The notes: generated by a model not told the origin, from the sequence alone. A DNA stretch of 44,565 nt from an uncultured Collinsella sp. (GCA_900552185.1 URYT01000001.1:1-44565); one strand, 5' to 3'. Positions 18,840-29,035 are shown, numbered from the stretch's first letter. Made by a program: numbers and translations.

Positions 18840-20024
18840 GTGGGCAAGGCGAAGGCTAAGGCGAAGAAAAAGACGACGGGGGCGCGGGCTAAGCGCGATC
18901 GTCGTCGGAAGCTCGCGACCGAAGCCCCCGCGTCTGCCGAGGAGCTGCTGGCAAACGTGCCGGGACTTGACGCGCTGCAGGATGTTCCGGCGTTCGATGA
19001 CCTGCCGGTCGATGAAGCTCAGCAGGCGGCATTTGACGACTTTTGCGCACATACCGAGGAGCCCGAGCAGATGCAGCTTGGCGCCGTGGTGCGCCTGGAT
19101 CGCGGGTTTCCGCTGGTGGCCACTGCCGACGACACCTTTCGCGCCGAGCATGCCGTGGGGTTTGCCAAGTCGCGCGGCGAGGACGAGGTCCTGCTGCCTG
19201 CCGTGGGCGACCGTGTGGCGGTGCGCCGCGCTCCCGGGCACGATATGGGCGTGATTGAGTGCGTGCTGCCGCGCCGTACGAGCTTTGAGCGTTGGCGCGG
19301 CCGTGCCCGCGGAGAGCGCCAGGTGCTCTGCTCCAACGTGGATAGCGTGCTAATCGTGCAGGCGCTCGGTGCCGGCGAGGTACTGCTCGACCGCGTGGCG
19401 CGTTCGCTGGTGCTGGCGCTCGACTGCGATGCCGAGCCGGTGGTAGTGCTCACCAAAGCTGACCGTTGCGATGCCGAGGAGCTCGAGCGCGATCTGGACC
19501 GCGTGCGCTGCCTGGTGGGTCCGGACGTGCGCGTAATCGTGACGTCCTCTGCCGAGGGCCGCGGCCTGGACGAGGTTCGTTCCTGCGTGCCTGCCGGGAG
19601 CTGCGCCATGATTCTGGGCGAGTCGGGTGCCGGCAAGTCGACGCTGCTCAATGCGCTGCTGGGCCACGATACGTTGGCGACTGGCGGTGTGCGCGAACGC
19701 GACGACCAGGGCCGTCACACTACCGTCGCGCGCGTGATGGTGGCACTGCCGGGCGACGCCGGCGTGATCGCCGATGCCCCGGGCCTGCGCAGCTTACCGC
19801 TCGTGGGTCACGAGCGGGGTCTGGCGCGCGCCTTCCCCGAGATTGTCGAGGCATCGCGCGCGTGCCGGTTTGGCGATTGCACGCATACCCATGAGCCGGG
19901 TTGTGCCGTTCGCGAGGCCGAGGACGCCGGGCAGATCGACAGCCTGCGTTTGGAAACGTTCCAAAACCTGGCGTCATCCATGCGCGTGAGTGCTCAAATG
20001 CTCGATCCCGATGTCCACCTGTAA
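18840..20024 (+). CDS. rsgA: Ribosome small-subunit-dependent GTPase A
   Basis: Circularly permuted GTPase (TKAD, GESGAGKS, GRHTT, DAPG), Zn finger CRFGDCTHTHEPGC, OB-fold AVGD. GTG start after GGAGG. Confidence 0.92.
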   Translation: MGKAKAKAKKKTTGARAKRDRRRKLATEAPASAEELLANVPGLDALQDVPAFDDLPVDEAQQAAFDDFCAHTEEPEQMQLGAVVRLDRGFPLVATADDTFRAEHAVGFAKSRGEDEVLLPAVGDRVAVRRAPGHDMGVIECVLPRRTSFERWRGRARGERQVLCSNVDSVLIVQALGAGEVLLDRVARSLVLALDCDAEPVVVLTKADRCDAEELERDLDRVRCLVGPDVRVIVTSSAEGRGLDEVRSCVPAGSCAMILGESGAGKSTLLNALLGHDTLATGGVRERDDQGRHTTVARVMVALPGDAGVIADAPGLRSLPLVGHERGLARAFPEIVEASRACRFGDCTHTHEPGCAVREAEDAGQIDSLRLETFQNLASSMRVSAQMLDPDVHL

Positions 20025-20042
20025 TTGATTTTTCCTATGACA

Positions 20043-20076
20043 GCCGTCTTCCAACTGTTCGGGAGACGGCTTTTTT
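20043..20076 (+). terminator. Intrinsic terminator after rsgA
   Basis: GCCGTCTTCC-loop-GGGAGACGGC followed by T7. Confidence 0.85.
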
Positions 20077-20276
20077 GCTGCGAAAAAGCCTCGAAACATG
20101 CAGTTTGCTGACGTGCTGACCAAAACCTTGCCACGAGCTTGACGGGCTGGTTAGTTTTTGGTCAGCGATTGGTTTGACATCGAAAACCGAGATCGCGATT
20201 GCGCCGCTTTGCACTCTGACCACCCAGACAATGGTGGTACGGGCATTCGCCCGGCACTGCCATGAGAGGAGCGGCC

Positions 20277-20936
20277 GTGAACAAGAGCAAGCGCATCGCC
20301 ATCAGTCTGGTCGCGGGCGTGCTCGCTGCGCTGCTCTGCATGGTTTACGGCTCGTCGATTCGCTCGCAAGCCGAACAGGTCCAGGCTGAGACCTTGGCCA
20401 AGTACGGTGGCGATCGCGCCGAGGTATGCGTCGCGGCGCGCGATATCGATGTGGGCGAGACCCTCGATGAGACCAATGTCATAACCCAGGAATGGCTGAC
20501 GAGTCTGCTGCCGCGTGACGCGGCGACCGAGCTGCGCCAGGTGCGCGGCGACGTGACGACTTCGCGTATTCCCAAAAACGCCGTGATCTGCAATGTCTAC
20601 ACCAAGGCCGAGAGCCACAAGCTCGAGGTGCCTAAGGGCAAAGTCGCCGTTTCGGTGGCGGTCGATGCCGAGCACTCGGTCGGCGGCGCCACGGGCGTGG
20701 GCAGCTACGTGGATGTGTATGTGCAAAAAGACGGCGTAACCGATCGACTGTGCGGCGCGTACGTGATCGATACCAGTGAGGATTCCGGTGCCACGCGCGA
20801 GGGCAAGATCGAATGGGTGACGCTGGCGGCTGACCCCGAAGACGTCAAGGAACTGCTGGGAGCCTCGGGCAAGGGAACGGTCAGCTTGACGATTCCCGCC
20901 ACGGCGCGCGGCAAAAAGAGCGGAGGCGACAAGTGA
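20277..20936 (+). CDS. cpaB: Flp pilus assembly protein CpaB/RcpC (SAF domain)
   Basis: N-terminal TM, SAF motif VCVAARDIDVGETL, RcpC-like 'GKVAVSV..VGG...G.YVDV' and 'VTLA'. GTG start after GAGGAG. Confidence 0.8.
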   Translation: MNKSKRIAISLVAGVLAALLCMVYGSSIRSQAEQVQAETLAKYGGDRAEVCVAARDIDVGETLDETNVITQEWLTSLLPRDAATELRQVRGDVTTSRIPKNAVICNVYTKAESHKLEVPKGKVAVSVAVDAEHSVGGATGVGSYVDVYVQKDGVTDRLCGAYVIDTSEDSGATREGKIEWVTLAADPEDVKELLGASGKGTVSLTIPATARGKKSGGDK

Positions 20937-22585
20937 TGAAGGCGATCTGGCTTGCGTGCTGCGCGTGCGGCGATTACGGGCTGTTGCAGCGGGAAGTCGA
21001 GGGCCGTGATGCGGGTGCACAGGTGCTTCGCGTAGGTGACCTGGACGGGCTGGTTTCCATGGCTCGGGCGTTTCCGTCGCGCCGCGGGGCTGCCATCATC
21101 GCGGCGTCTCTGTTTGATGCCGAAGATGTGCGCAAGACTGTTGCGCGCCTGACGGCCGAAGGCCGCGTGAGTCGCGTGGTCGTGTTGATAGAAGCACTCG
21201 ATCCGTCGGATATCGAGGGGCTGTTTCGCGCAGGGGCGACCGAGGTCATCGCTGCGCACAGTATATGCGGCAACGGGTGCGCGGGCGAGGGAGCGGTTGA
21301 TTCCGATCGGCGCATGACGATTGAGCCCGATGCTTTTGTTGACAGGGAACCCGGGGCGCCTCGCGCTACAAGAGGCCCGCGTGTTGATGATTATGGAAAA
21401 GCGGAAGCCGAGCATGGTCGGCGCCCCCGGAACCCCCTTGTATACGATGACGCTGGAGGGCCGGCGCAGCATGCTGGCGATTCCCCGGCTGTAGATATGG
21501 GATACGTGCACGGCGTGAATCTGGCGGATGAACTCGACGAAGTTGAGGGCTTTGCCGGGTGCGGCGAGTTGTCGCTGATGCAGCATGAGCAGATTGCACA
21601 GAACGAGCCTGCCTCGCAGACCGAACAAGCTGCCATGCCGGCCTGGACGCAGCGTGTAGTTGCGGCGGGGGAGACGGGGACGCTGTCACCGACGCCCGCC
21701 CCGCCGCCTCCGATGCCGCCGGCAGACTCTGCCGCTCCGCCGCATCGAGCTCCGGTCATCTGCGCCATTTCGGGTTCGGGCGGTTGCGGCAAGTCGACGA
21801 TCGTTGCCACCATGGCACACACATCGTCGCTGTTGGGCTTGCGTGCCGCCGTGCTCGACCTGGACCTGATGTTTGGAAACCTTTACGACTTGTTAGGCGT
21901 CGATGCTCCGCACGATATGGCGGCACTTATCGAGCCGTCGGCGGCGGGCACGCTCACCGAGCCGGATATCGTGGCCGCATCGATGCGCGTCGCCCCGGGC
22001 GTTACGCTCTGGGGTCCCGTCGCGGCGCCCGAGCAAGCCGAGCTCATGGCACGTCCGGTGGAGCTACTGCTCGATGTCCTGCGTCGCGAATCCGACGTGG
22101 TCTTTATCGATACCTCGGTCTTTTGGGGCGATGCCGTGGCGGCTGCGGTGGCGGCGAGCGACCGTTGCCTGGTCGTTGGCGATGCGGCGGTGTCGTCCGC
22201 GACATCGGCATCGCGCGTCATTGAACTGGCAAGTCGAGTAGGTGTGCCGCGCACGCGCATGAGCGCCGTGTTCAACCGGTTCGGTGCGCGCGGGGCAGAC
22301 GAGGACGTCGCCATGCGCTTTGAGATCGCCTGTGCGTTGAGCTCCAAGATTCGTATCGCCGATGGCGGACAGGATCTCGCCGCGCTCATGGCGTTTGGGC
22401 GCGCCGACGAGGCAGTGGGTCAGACGAGCGCTTTTGCGACCAGCGTGCGCGAGGCCACGCGCGAGATGCTCGTGGAACTGGGGTGCGCCGTCGGCCCTTG
22501 GAGCGATATAGTCGCCGACCGTGCAACGCGTACCGAACGCCCGCGTATCCGCCTTCCCTGGTCGCGCGAGGGTGATCAGCGATGA
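20933..22585 (+). CDS. cpaE: TadZ/CpaE-like MinD/ParA ATPase with pseudo-receiver N-terminus
   Basis: Receiver-like 'LFRAGATEVI', long disordered linker, deviant Walker A SGSGGCGKS, LDLDLMFG, VFIDT, VFNR. Confidence 0.8.
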   Translation: MMKAIWLACCACGDYGLLQREVEGRDAGAQVLRVGDLDGLVSMARAFPSRRGAAIIAASLFDAEDVRKTVARLTAEGRVSRVVVLIEALDPSDIEGLFRAGATEVIAAHSICGNGCAGEGAVDSDRRMTIEPDAFVDREPGAPRATRGPRVDDYGKAEAEHGRRPRNPLVYDDAGGPAQHAGDSPAVDMGYVHGVNLADELDEVEGFAGCGELSLMQHEQIAQNEPASQTEQAAMPAWTQRVVAAGETGTLSPTPAPPPPMPPADSAAPPHRAPVICAISGSGGCGKSTIVATMAHTSSLLGLRAAVLDLDLMFGNLYDLLGVDAPHDMAALIEPSAAGTLTEPDIVAASMRVAPGVTLWGPVAAPEQAELMARPVELLLDVLRRESDVVFIDTSVFWGDAVAAAVAASDRCLVVGDAAVSSATSASRVIELASRVGVPRTRMSAVFNRFGARGADEDVAMRFEIACALSSKIRIADGGQDLAALMAFGRADEAVGQTSAFATSVREATREMLVELGCAVGPWSDIVADRATRTERPRIRLPWSREGDQR

Positions 22586-23910
22586 GCCTGCAAACGAGGA
22601 TTAAGGCTGCCGGCGCTGCAGCGGCGGCAGCTCCTGTAGATGCGGGGCGTCGCCGCGCGGTGAAACGACGCACCAAGCGCGCCGTGATGGACCGCATGGG
22701 TTACGACGAAGTGGCGCGTATCAGCGCCTATATCGACCCGGTACTTGCCCGCTCGGAATTGCGTCCCGCGGTGGAGGCGGCGCTCAATGTTGAGGAGCCG
22801 ACCGATCTCGCGACGCCCGAGCGCGAGACCATCATCGACGAGATTTTGGATGACGTGGTGGGCTTGGGGCCGTTGCAGCCGCTCATCGAGGACGACACCG
22901 TTACCGAGATCATGATTAACGGCTGCCGCTCGGCTTTCTTTGAACGCGGCGGCGTCTTGTACCCCATCGAGCATGCGTTTGAGGATGATGAGCAGATCCG
23001 TGTGCTTATCGACCGCATCATCTCGCCACTTGGTCGCCGTATCGACGAGCGCAGCCCCATCGTCAACGCCCGCCTCAAAACGGGCTATCGCGTCAACGCG
23101 GTGATTCCGCCTGTGGCGATTGACGGACCGATTCTTACCATCCGAAAGTTCTCGGACCGTATCTGCTCGCTGGACGAGCTTGTGGGGCTGGGGTCGCTGC
23201 CGCTTTGGTATGCGCAGCTGCTGTCGTGCGCGGTGTCGCTGCGACAGGACCTGGCGGTTGCGGGAGGCACGGGATCTGGTAAGACCACTCTGCTCAACGC
23301 GTTGTCATGCGAGATTTCCACCGGCGAGCGCATCGTGACGATCGAGGACTCTGCCGAGCTCAAGTTTGCGCATCATCCGCACGTGGTGCGCCTAGAGGCG
23401 CGCGAGGCTTCAATTGAGGGCGAGGGCGCGGTGACGATCCGCGACCTGGTGACCAATGCCCTGCGCATGCGCCCCGACCGCATCGTGGTGGGCGAGGTGC
23501 GCGGTGCCGAGTGCTGCGACATGTTGCAGGCCATGAACACGGGCCACGACGGGTCGCTCACCACACTTCATGCGGGCTCAGAACAGGAGACCGTGGTGCG
23601 TCTGACGTTGCTTGCACGTTATGGCATCGATCTGCCGAGCGAGCTCATCGAGGAGCAGATTGCCATGGCGCTCGACGGCATCGTGATGTCCGAGCGCCAC
23701 GCCGATGGCAGGCGCTTCGTCTCCTCGTATTCGGGGGTGCGTCGCGCCGCGTCGGGCGGCGTAGAGCTCGAGCGCTATGTGACTTTCGATGCCGCCGAGC
23801 GCACCTGGACGCTTGACCGCGAGCCGCCGTTTATCGCAGAAGGCCTGCGGTCGGGGACGCTCACACAAGAGGAGGTGGACGAATGGAGGTCGCTGTGCCC
23901 CTCGTCGTAG
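22582..23910 (+). CDS. cpaF: Tad pilus assembly ATPase TadA/CpaF
   Basis: [57 protein letters not shown]. Confidence 0.93.
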   Translation: MSLQTRIKAAGAAAAAAPVDAGRRRAVKRRTKRAVMDRMGYDEVARISAYIDPVLARSELRPAVEAALNVEEPTDLATPERETIIDEILDDVVGLGPLQPLIEDDTVTEIMINGCRSAFFERGGVLYPIEHAFEDDEQIRVLIDRIISPLGRRIDERSPIVNARLKTGYRVNAVIPPVAIDGPILTIRKFSDRICSLDELVGLGSLPLWYAQLLSCAVSLRQDLAVAGGTGSGKTTLLNALSCEISTGERIVTIEDSAELKFAHHPHVVRLEAREASIEGEGAVTIRDLVTNALRMRPDRIVVGEVRGAECCDMLQAMNTGHDGSLTTLHAGSEQETVVRLTLLARYGIDLPSELIEEQIAMALDGIVMSERHADGRRFVSSYSGVRRAASGGVELERYVTFDAAERTWTLDREPPFIAEGLRSGTLTQEEVDEWRSLCPSS

Positions 23911-24809
23911 GGGGTTTGGCAGGGTTTTCTGTCGCGACGGCGTGCGGGGCGGAACCTCGTGTGCCGCAGGTGCCGCCGGCGGAGCTGGCGCGTCAGGCGC
24001 TCGAGACGGTGGCAGAGAAGCTGCCGCGTGAGCTGGTGGAAAACGATCTTCTGAAAAAGATCGCCCGTTCGTGGGCATCGCTGGCTCCGGCGCATCGCCT
24101 TGGCCTCGTGATCGAAGATGCTTCGGGGCGTTTGGCGTTTCTGCTGCTATCGAGCGGTGTCTGCTGCGTTTTGCTAACGATGGTGTCGTTATCGCCCCTC
24201 GGATTTGCCTTGGGACTTGTTGCTCCGTTTGCCGTTGGCGCCGCTCGGGATGGCTTTGAGAGCCGGCGCGAGCAACACGATGCAGAAGAGGCCATGCCCG
24301 AGGCGTTTACCGCACTTTCCATGTCGCTTGCCTCGGGACATTCGCTGGCCCAGGGCATGCGCTTTGTGGGCGCTCATGCGCAAGAACCGGTGCATACCGA
24401 GTTTTTGCGGGTGGCGGCGGCGATCGATTGCGGCATCTCGGCGACCGATGCGCTCGATGACTTGCTCGTGCGCATCGACGCCCCCGGTCTTTCGCTTGTG
24501 ACCTTGGCGCTTAAGGTGTCACAGCGCACTGGCGCTCCGCTTGCCGACTTACTGTCTGAGGCGTCGAGCATGGTAGGGGAGCGTATTGAGCTCAAGCGCC
24601 GCCTGGATGTCAAGACGTCGCAGGCTCGCATGTCGGCGCATATGGTCGCGGCGATGCCGGCGGGCATGTGCGCGGTGTTGGCGCTGCTTTCGGCAGATTT
24701 TCGTCGCGGTCTTGCGACGCCTGCCGGTGCGGGCGCTGTGGTGCTGGGTCTCGCCCTCAACGCCGTTGCCCTGGTGGTTATCCGGCGCATTATGAGGGTG
24801 GAGCTATGA
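23883..24809 (+). CDS. tadB: TadB (type II secretion F domain) platform protein
   Basis: TM helices plus 'SLASGHSL', 'QRTGAPLA', 'KTSQARMS' T2SSF pattern. Follows tadA. Confidence 0.85.
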   Translation: MEVAVPLVVGGLAGFSVATACGAEPRVPQVPPAELARQALETVAEKLPRELVENDLLKKIARSWASLAPAHRLGLVIEDASGRLAFLLLSSGVCCVLLTMVSLSPLGFALGLVAPFAVGAARDGFESRREQHDAEEAMPEAFTALSMSLASGHSLAQGMRFVGAHAQEPVHTEFLRVAAAIDCGISATDALDDLLVRIDAPGLSLVTLALKVSQRTGAPLADLLSEASSMVGERIELKRRLDVKTSQARMSAHMVAAMPAGMCAVLALLSADFRRGLATPAGAGAVVLGLALNAVALVVIRRIMRVEL

Positions 24810-25447
24810 GCGCCCCAGTTGTAGTTGCGGCTTGCCTGTGCGCCCTGAGTGTATTTGTCGCGACGGGTTTGGATCGGGCGGACGCGCGCAAGATCGCAGG
24901 GGCCTGCAAGCGCGAGGCGGTGCTGGTCGCTGCCGCGGGTCGCTCGGTGGTCGATGCCCTGACCGCGCGAGTGAAGGGCGCGGTTGGAGCGGGCGGCCCG
25001 GCGCGAGTTTCGCTCGGCGAAGTGTCCGAGATGATCGATGTTGTGCGCTTGGGTCTTTCGGCCGGTCTTTCGTTTGATGCGGCGCTTGAGATTTTCTGCG
25101 CCAACCGCCGGTCAGTGCTGGCTCTTCGACTTGAGCGGGCCTGCATGGCGTGGCAGGTGGGCGTGGGCACGCGTGAGGACGAGTTGTTGGCCGCCGCGCG
25201 CGACCTGGACGTGCGAGCGCTCGAGACCTTTGCCATCACGGTGGGACAGGCGCTCGCCCTGGGTGCCCCACTTGCCGAGACACTGGCCGCTCAAAGTCGC
25301 GAGATCCGTGCGGCTCATCGCGCCGCGGTCGAGCGCGAGATCGAGCGTGCGCCCGTCAAGCTGCTGATTCCCACCGGCACACTCATCTTGCCGGCGTTGC
25401 TTCTGTCCATATTGGGCCCGCTGTTGGGAGCAGGCGGGATGATGTAG
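24806..25447 (+). CDS. tadC: TadC (type II secretion F domain) platform protein
   Basis: ATG 24806 in an ATGA overlap. 'GLSAGLSF', 'LGAPLAETL', 'RAPVKLLIP..LILPA' TadC pattern. Confidence 0.85.
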   Translation: MSAPVVVAACLCALSVFVATGLDRADARKIAGACKREAVLVAAAGRSVVDALTARVKGAVGAGGPARVSLGEVSEMIDVVRLGLSAGLSFDAALEIFCANRRSVLALRLERACMAWQVGVGTREDELLAAARDLDVRALETFAITVGQALALGAPLAETLAAQSREIRAAHRAAVEREIERAPVKLLIPTGTLILPALLLSILGPLLGAGGMM

Positions 25448-25457
25448 GGAGGAATAC

Positions 25458-25691
25458 ATGAACACGATGACTGACGTTGCTGGCAAGGTCTGGAGCTGGG
25501 CTGTTTGCCAGTCAATTCGCGCTCGCCAGCATGCCGGGGAGCTACTGCAGGAGGAGAGTGCGCAGGGCACCACCGAATACGCCATCTTGGTCGGCGTGCT
25601 CGTGGTGATCGCCATCATTGCCATTGTCGCATTTAAGGGCAAGGTCCAAGATCTATGGAACGCTATCAGCGAGGGCATCAACAGCCTGTAG
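25458..25691 (+). CDS. flp: Flp major pilin
   Basis: Strong RBS GGGAGG. Leader followed by ESA|QGTTEYAILVGVLVVIAII (Flp E-Y motif) and a short amphipathic tail. Confidence 0.85.
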   Translation: MNTMTDVAGKVWSWAVCQSIRARQHAGELLQEESAQGTTEYAILVGVLVVIAIIAIVAFKGKVQDLWNAISEGINSL

Positions 25692-26218
25692 AGGGCGAGC
25701 GCCCCATCGGGGTGCTGCTGGTGTTTGCTTGCCTGACCGTGGCGATAGCGGCGGTGCTTTGGGGGCTTAACGCCGCGCGGCAGCAGCGTCCTGGGGCCGC
25801 CTTCGATTCGGGCTCAGATTCGGCGGTGGCGTCTCAAAAAGATGAGATGCGAGATGCGGACGATTCGGATGTCGCTGTCACGGCGCAAACCTTTCTGCGG
25901 ACGCTCGACAAGCGGTCTGGCACTGCGACGGATTCACCTGAGGACAACGCGATTGCGGTCCGGCTTGCATGGTCCGAGGACCGACCGATGACCGAGGCAG
26001 CGGCGGATATGTTACGCGCCTACCGCGAGGTGCCAACGGCCCAGCTCGCCCTGAGCGGCTATCTCGATATTAAGGGCAACGTATGGGGCGCCATCGTGCG
26101 CGATGGGCGCGGCTGGGTCGATATGGTGACGGTTGCCGCGGATGCTGGCGATGCTTCGTGTCGTCTGCGCGCCGTGCGTCTGGTCCCGCAAACAATAAGC
26201 TCAAAGGAGGGATCGTGA
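25655..26218 (+). CDS. Membrane-anchored hypothetical protein in the Tad locus (start uncertain)
   Basis: One TM segment (IGVLLVFACLTVAIAAVLWG) then a soluble domain. Fills the gap between flp and the next pilin. Confidence 0.6.
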   Translation: MERYQRGHQQPVEGERPIGVLLVFACLTVAIAAVLWGLNAARQQRPGAAFDSGSDSAVASQKDEMRDADDSDVAVTAQTFLRTLDKRSGTATDSPEDNAIAVRLAWSEDRPMTEAAADMLRAYREVPTAQLALSGYLDIKGNVWGAIVRDGRGWVDMVTVAADAGDASCRLRAVRLVPQTISSKEGS

Positions 26219-26219
26219 A

Positions 26220-26438
26220 ATGCATGGCATTCTGCGTGAGGAATCTGCCCAGGCGACGGTCGAATACGCCATCGTCACGGTGGCGCTGTTATCGATCGTG
26301 CTGGCGATTGTGGGACTTTGGCGTGCTGGCACCGATGGACGCTTGGCGGCGCTGGTTGAGCGGGCGGCATCCCATGGCGTTGCCTCGACGTCGGTTATCG
26401 ACGCCGCTGCGGGCGCTAAGGACATCGCGTTGTATTGA
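26220..26438 (+). CDS. Small Flp/TadE-like minor pilin
   Basis: RBS AAGGAGG. ESA|QATVEYAIVTVALLSIVL pilin motif. Confidence 0.8.
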   Translation: MHGILREESAQATVEYAIVTVALLSIVLAIVGLWRAGTDGRLAALVERAASHGVASTSVIDAAAGAKDIALY

Positions 26439-26910
26439 TATCGCGCGCGAGGACCGGGCGCAGTCTACGGTCGAGGCCGCTTTTTTGCTGCCGACGTTTC
26501 TGACGCTCATCCTTCTCGCACTGCAACCGGTGTGCCTGCTTTATACGCGCGCGGTCATGGAGTCTGCCGCCGCCGAGACCGCGCGGCTCATGACCACGAC
26601 GACGGCGGAGGACGACGATCTTAAGGAGTTCACCCTCCGCCGGCTTGCCGCAGTGCCCAACGTTTCGATCTTTCATGCCGGCGGGCCGTTGTCGTGGGAT
26701 GTCGAGCTTAGCCGGGCCGATGCGGGCGGCGTCTCGTCCGTGTCCGTTTCCGGCGAGGTCAAGCCGTTGCCTGTGATCGGTGCGTTTGCGCAGGTTATGG
26801 GTGGTACCGCCGAGGGCGGCTACGTTGAGCTCAAGGTCGATGTCTCGTATCAATCACGTCCCGAATGGCTGGAGGGAGATTATGATTCGTGGATTGCTGC
26901 ATGGGATTAA
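26374..26910 (+). CDS. tadE: TadE-like pseudopilin (start uncertain)
   Basis: DRA|QSTVEAAFLLPTFLTLILL...AAAETAR TadE motif. Nearest in-frame ATG is 26374. Confidence 0.75.
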   Translation: MALPRRRLSTPLRALRTSRCIDIAREDRAQSTVEAAFLLPTFLTLILLALQPVCLLYTRAVMESAAAETARLMTTTTAEDDDLKEFTLRRLAAVPNVSIFHAGGPLSWDVELSRADAGGVSSVSVSGEVKPLPVIGAFAQVMGGTAEGGYVELKVDVSYQSRPEWLEGDYDSWIAAWD

Positions 26911-26974
26911 GCGTTTCTGGTCTAGACGCGTTTTGACGCGCCGTCCGAGCTGCCATCGCAAGCGAGGCGGCTTT

Positions 26975-29035
26975 ATGGGTCGAGCCGGTATCGACCTGTT
27001 TATCGAAGACGGTGCCTACACCACGCTTTCCTCTGCGGTGGTCATCCTAGTGGTGCTCACGCTGCTGTTTTCGTCGACGGCGGCGATATGGAGCATGTCG
27101 CGCGCGGGGGACACCCAGGTGGCTGCCGATAGCGGCGCGCTGGCAGGCGCCAATGTGGTGTCGTCCTATCACACGGCTGCCACGGTGGTGGATGCGAGCA
27201 TTTTGAGTTTGGGCCTGGCGGGGTTTGCCACGATCGGGACGGGCCTGGTCGCCATCCTCATCCCGGGCGCCGAACCAGTTGCCGGCAATATGGTCGACAC
27301 CGGGATTGAGATTATTAAAACGCGCAACAAGTTTGCCAAAAGCGCATCGGAAGGCTTACAGAAAATCGAGACGGCTCTGCCGTATCTGATCGCCGCGCGT
27401 GCCACGCAGGCGGTCTCGGCGCAGGATACCGATAATGTGACCTATACCGGTACGGCGCTTGCCGTGCCCAGGACATCCGAGTCGGACTTCGCTGCGCTCG
27501 AGGGGTCCGAGATCTCGACCGATGCCATTAAAGACACATCGGATGATTTAGAGCGTGCGGCCGAGGAGCTGCGGAAGGCTTCTGAGGACACGGCGAAGGC
27601 TAAAGAGCGCGCTTGGCTGGCGGATTGTGGCGGGTCGGACGAGAGTTCGATTGGCAAGTACTCGTGTATGTGGGAGCGTGCGAAAAAACTAGCAGAACTA
27701 TCTGACAGCCAGAACCGTCATGAAAAGTCGAGCATCACATGGGAGCCGCAAATAGCGCTCGATCGCGCGAAAACCTATTACCGACAGCGCTTGGCGAATG
27801 AAAAACCTCAGGGATCGAGCGTCGAGATGAAAGCGCAGTCAGCCGCTCGAAAAGCGTTCTATGCCTATGCGATTGAAGAGGTCGATCGAGCATACATAAA
27901 AGATGATGGCGAACGGTTTTCTGCCTATATCCCACTATTGCCGCGTGTCCCAAACGAGGTGCGGCCGACCGAACTTTACACCGATGCCGCATGGCCTGTA
28001 AGCAACAACGACGGCAGAACATACCTGCATTATGGAGTCGAATGCCCCGTCTATCAGAAAGGGACTCCGAGTGGGCTGGCATCTGTTGCTGATTATGATG
28101 GTCGTGATACATGCGAAGCGTGCGGCTTCGGCGTGGTTACGCTTGGAAGCGCCCTCATGCCGCCATCGTTCATCGAAAACGGCTTCGAGTACCACTTTGA
28201 CAAGTTCAAAGAGGCTCTGGAAGACTACGTCGAATGCCGCAACAAAGAGCTCGAGCTCGAGCGTCAGACCGAAGACGAGGCCGATCGTGCGGGCAATACG
28301 TTTGACCAGGCCATCAAGGAGCTTTCGGGCGAGCGTCCGCGTATCGCTCCGCCCGGTCGCAACGGCGTGGTCGCCTTTGCGGTTACGGGTGCCATCTCGA
28401 GCCCCGACGAGCTCAACTCTTCGTTTAACACGGCAGTCAGGCTTGGCAATCGCGGTGCTATCTCTGGCGCGGTGCTGGCACCCGATGACGCGACGGCGCA
28501 AAACAACGTGCTTTCGCGATTTTTCTCGACATTGAAGGAACGCTCGGGCGGCGTTGCCGGCGTGCTCGACGGCGTCATGGATGTTTGGGGACGGCTGCTC
28601 GTAGGGTACGGTGATATCCAAGGTTCGGCCGACGAACTTATGGACGAGATGATTAAAGGCCTAGAAGGGGGCAGCGGCGCGTTGGGTTCCATCGCATCGT
28701 GGCTCGGCGATACCGTTTCGGCGTCCATGGCGGCGTTGGGTCTGGAACCGTGCGACTTGCGCCTGCGAAAGCCAGTGCTGACCGATTCCGCCAACGTCAT
28801 TAAGAGTCCGGGGTCTGACATCGCTGGTCTCTCTCAAGCGCAAGACAAGCTGCGAAGTATTCCGTTGGGCGTGACCGATCCCAAGGCGCTTTGCGAGGCG
28901 TTGGAATATCAAGTCGAACGCACCATTAGCGGTACGGTGTTCACGCTTGCGGAGATTCCTCTGCCCGGCGGCGGCTCCATCCCACTCACCGTCGATGTCG
29001 CCACGCTGGTTGGCGCTCTGGGCGGTGGGTCGTAA
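26975..29035 (+). CDS. Large TadG-like pilus-associated protein (alternative start 26882)
   Basis: N-terminal pilin-like TM followed by the Tad motif 'QVAADSGALAGA'. Coiled coils and a Cys/His cluster (HYGVEC...CEAC). Confidence 0.7.
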   Translation: MGRAGIDLFIEDGAYTTLSSAVVILVVLTLLFSSTAAIWSMSRAGDTQVAADSGALAGANVVSSYHTAATVVDASILSLGLAGFATIGTGLVAILIPGAEPVAGNMVDTGIEIIKTRNKFAKSASEGLQKIETALPYLIAARATQAVSAQDTDNVTYTGTALAVPRTSESDFAALEGSEISTDAIKDTSDDLERAAEELRKASEDTAKAKERAWLADCGGSDESSIGKYSCMWERAKKLAELSDSQNRHEKSSITWEPQIALDRAKTYYRQRLANEKPQGSSVEMKAQSAARKAFYAYAIEEVDRAYIKDDGERFSAYIPLLPRVPNEVRPTELYTDAAWPVSNNDGRTYLHYGVECPVYQKGTPSGLASVADYDGRDTCEACGFGVVTLGSALMPPSFIENGFEYHFDKFKEALEDYVECRNKELELERQTEDEADRAGNTFDQAIKELSGERPRIAPPGRNGVVAFAVTGAISSPDELNSSFNTAVRLGNRGAISGAVLAPDDATAQNNVLSRFFSTLKERSGGVAGVLDGVMDVWGRLLVGYGDIQGSADELMDEMIKGLEGGSGALGSIASWLGDTVSASMAALGLEPCDLRLRKPVLTDSANVIKSPGSDIAGLSQAQDKLRSIPLGVTDPKALCEALEYQVERTISGTVFTLAEIPLPGGGSIPLTVDVATLVGALGGGS

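Noticed and set aside
26780..26974. Longer N-terminus for the TadG-like protein
   Set aside because: Most of it overlaps the upstream tadE gene. Better starts lie at 26882 or 26975.
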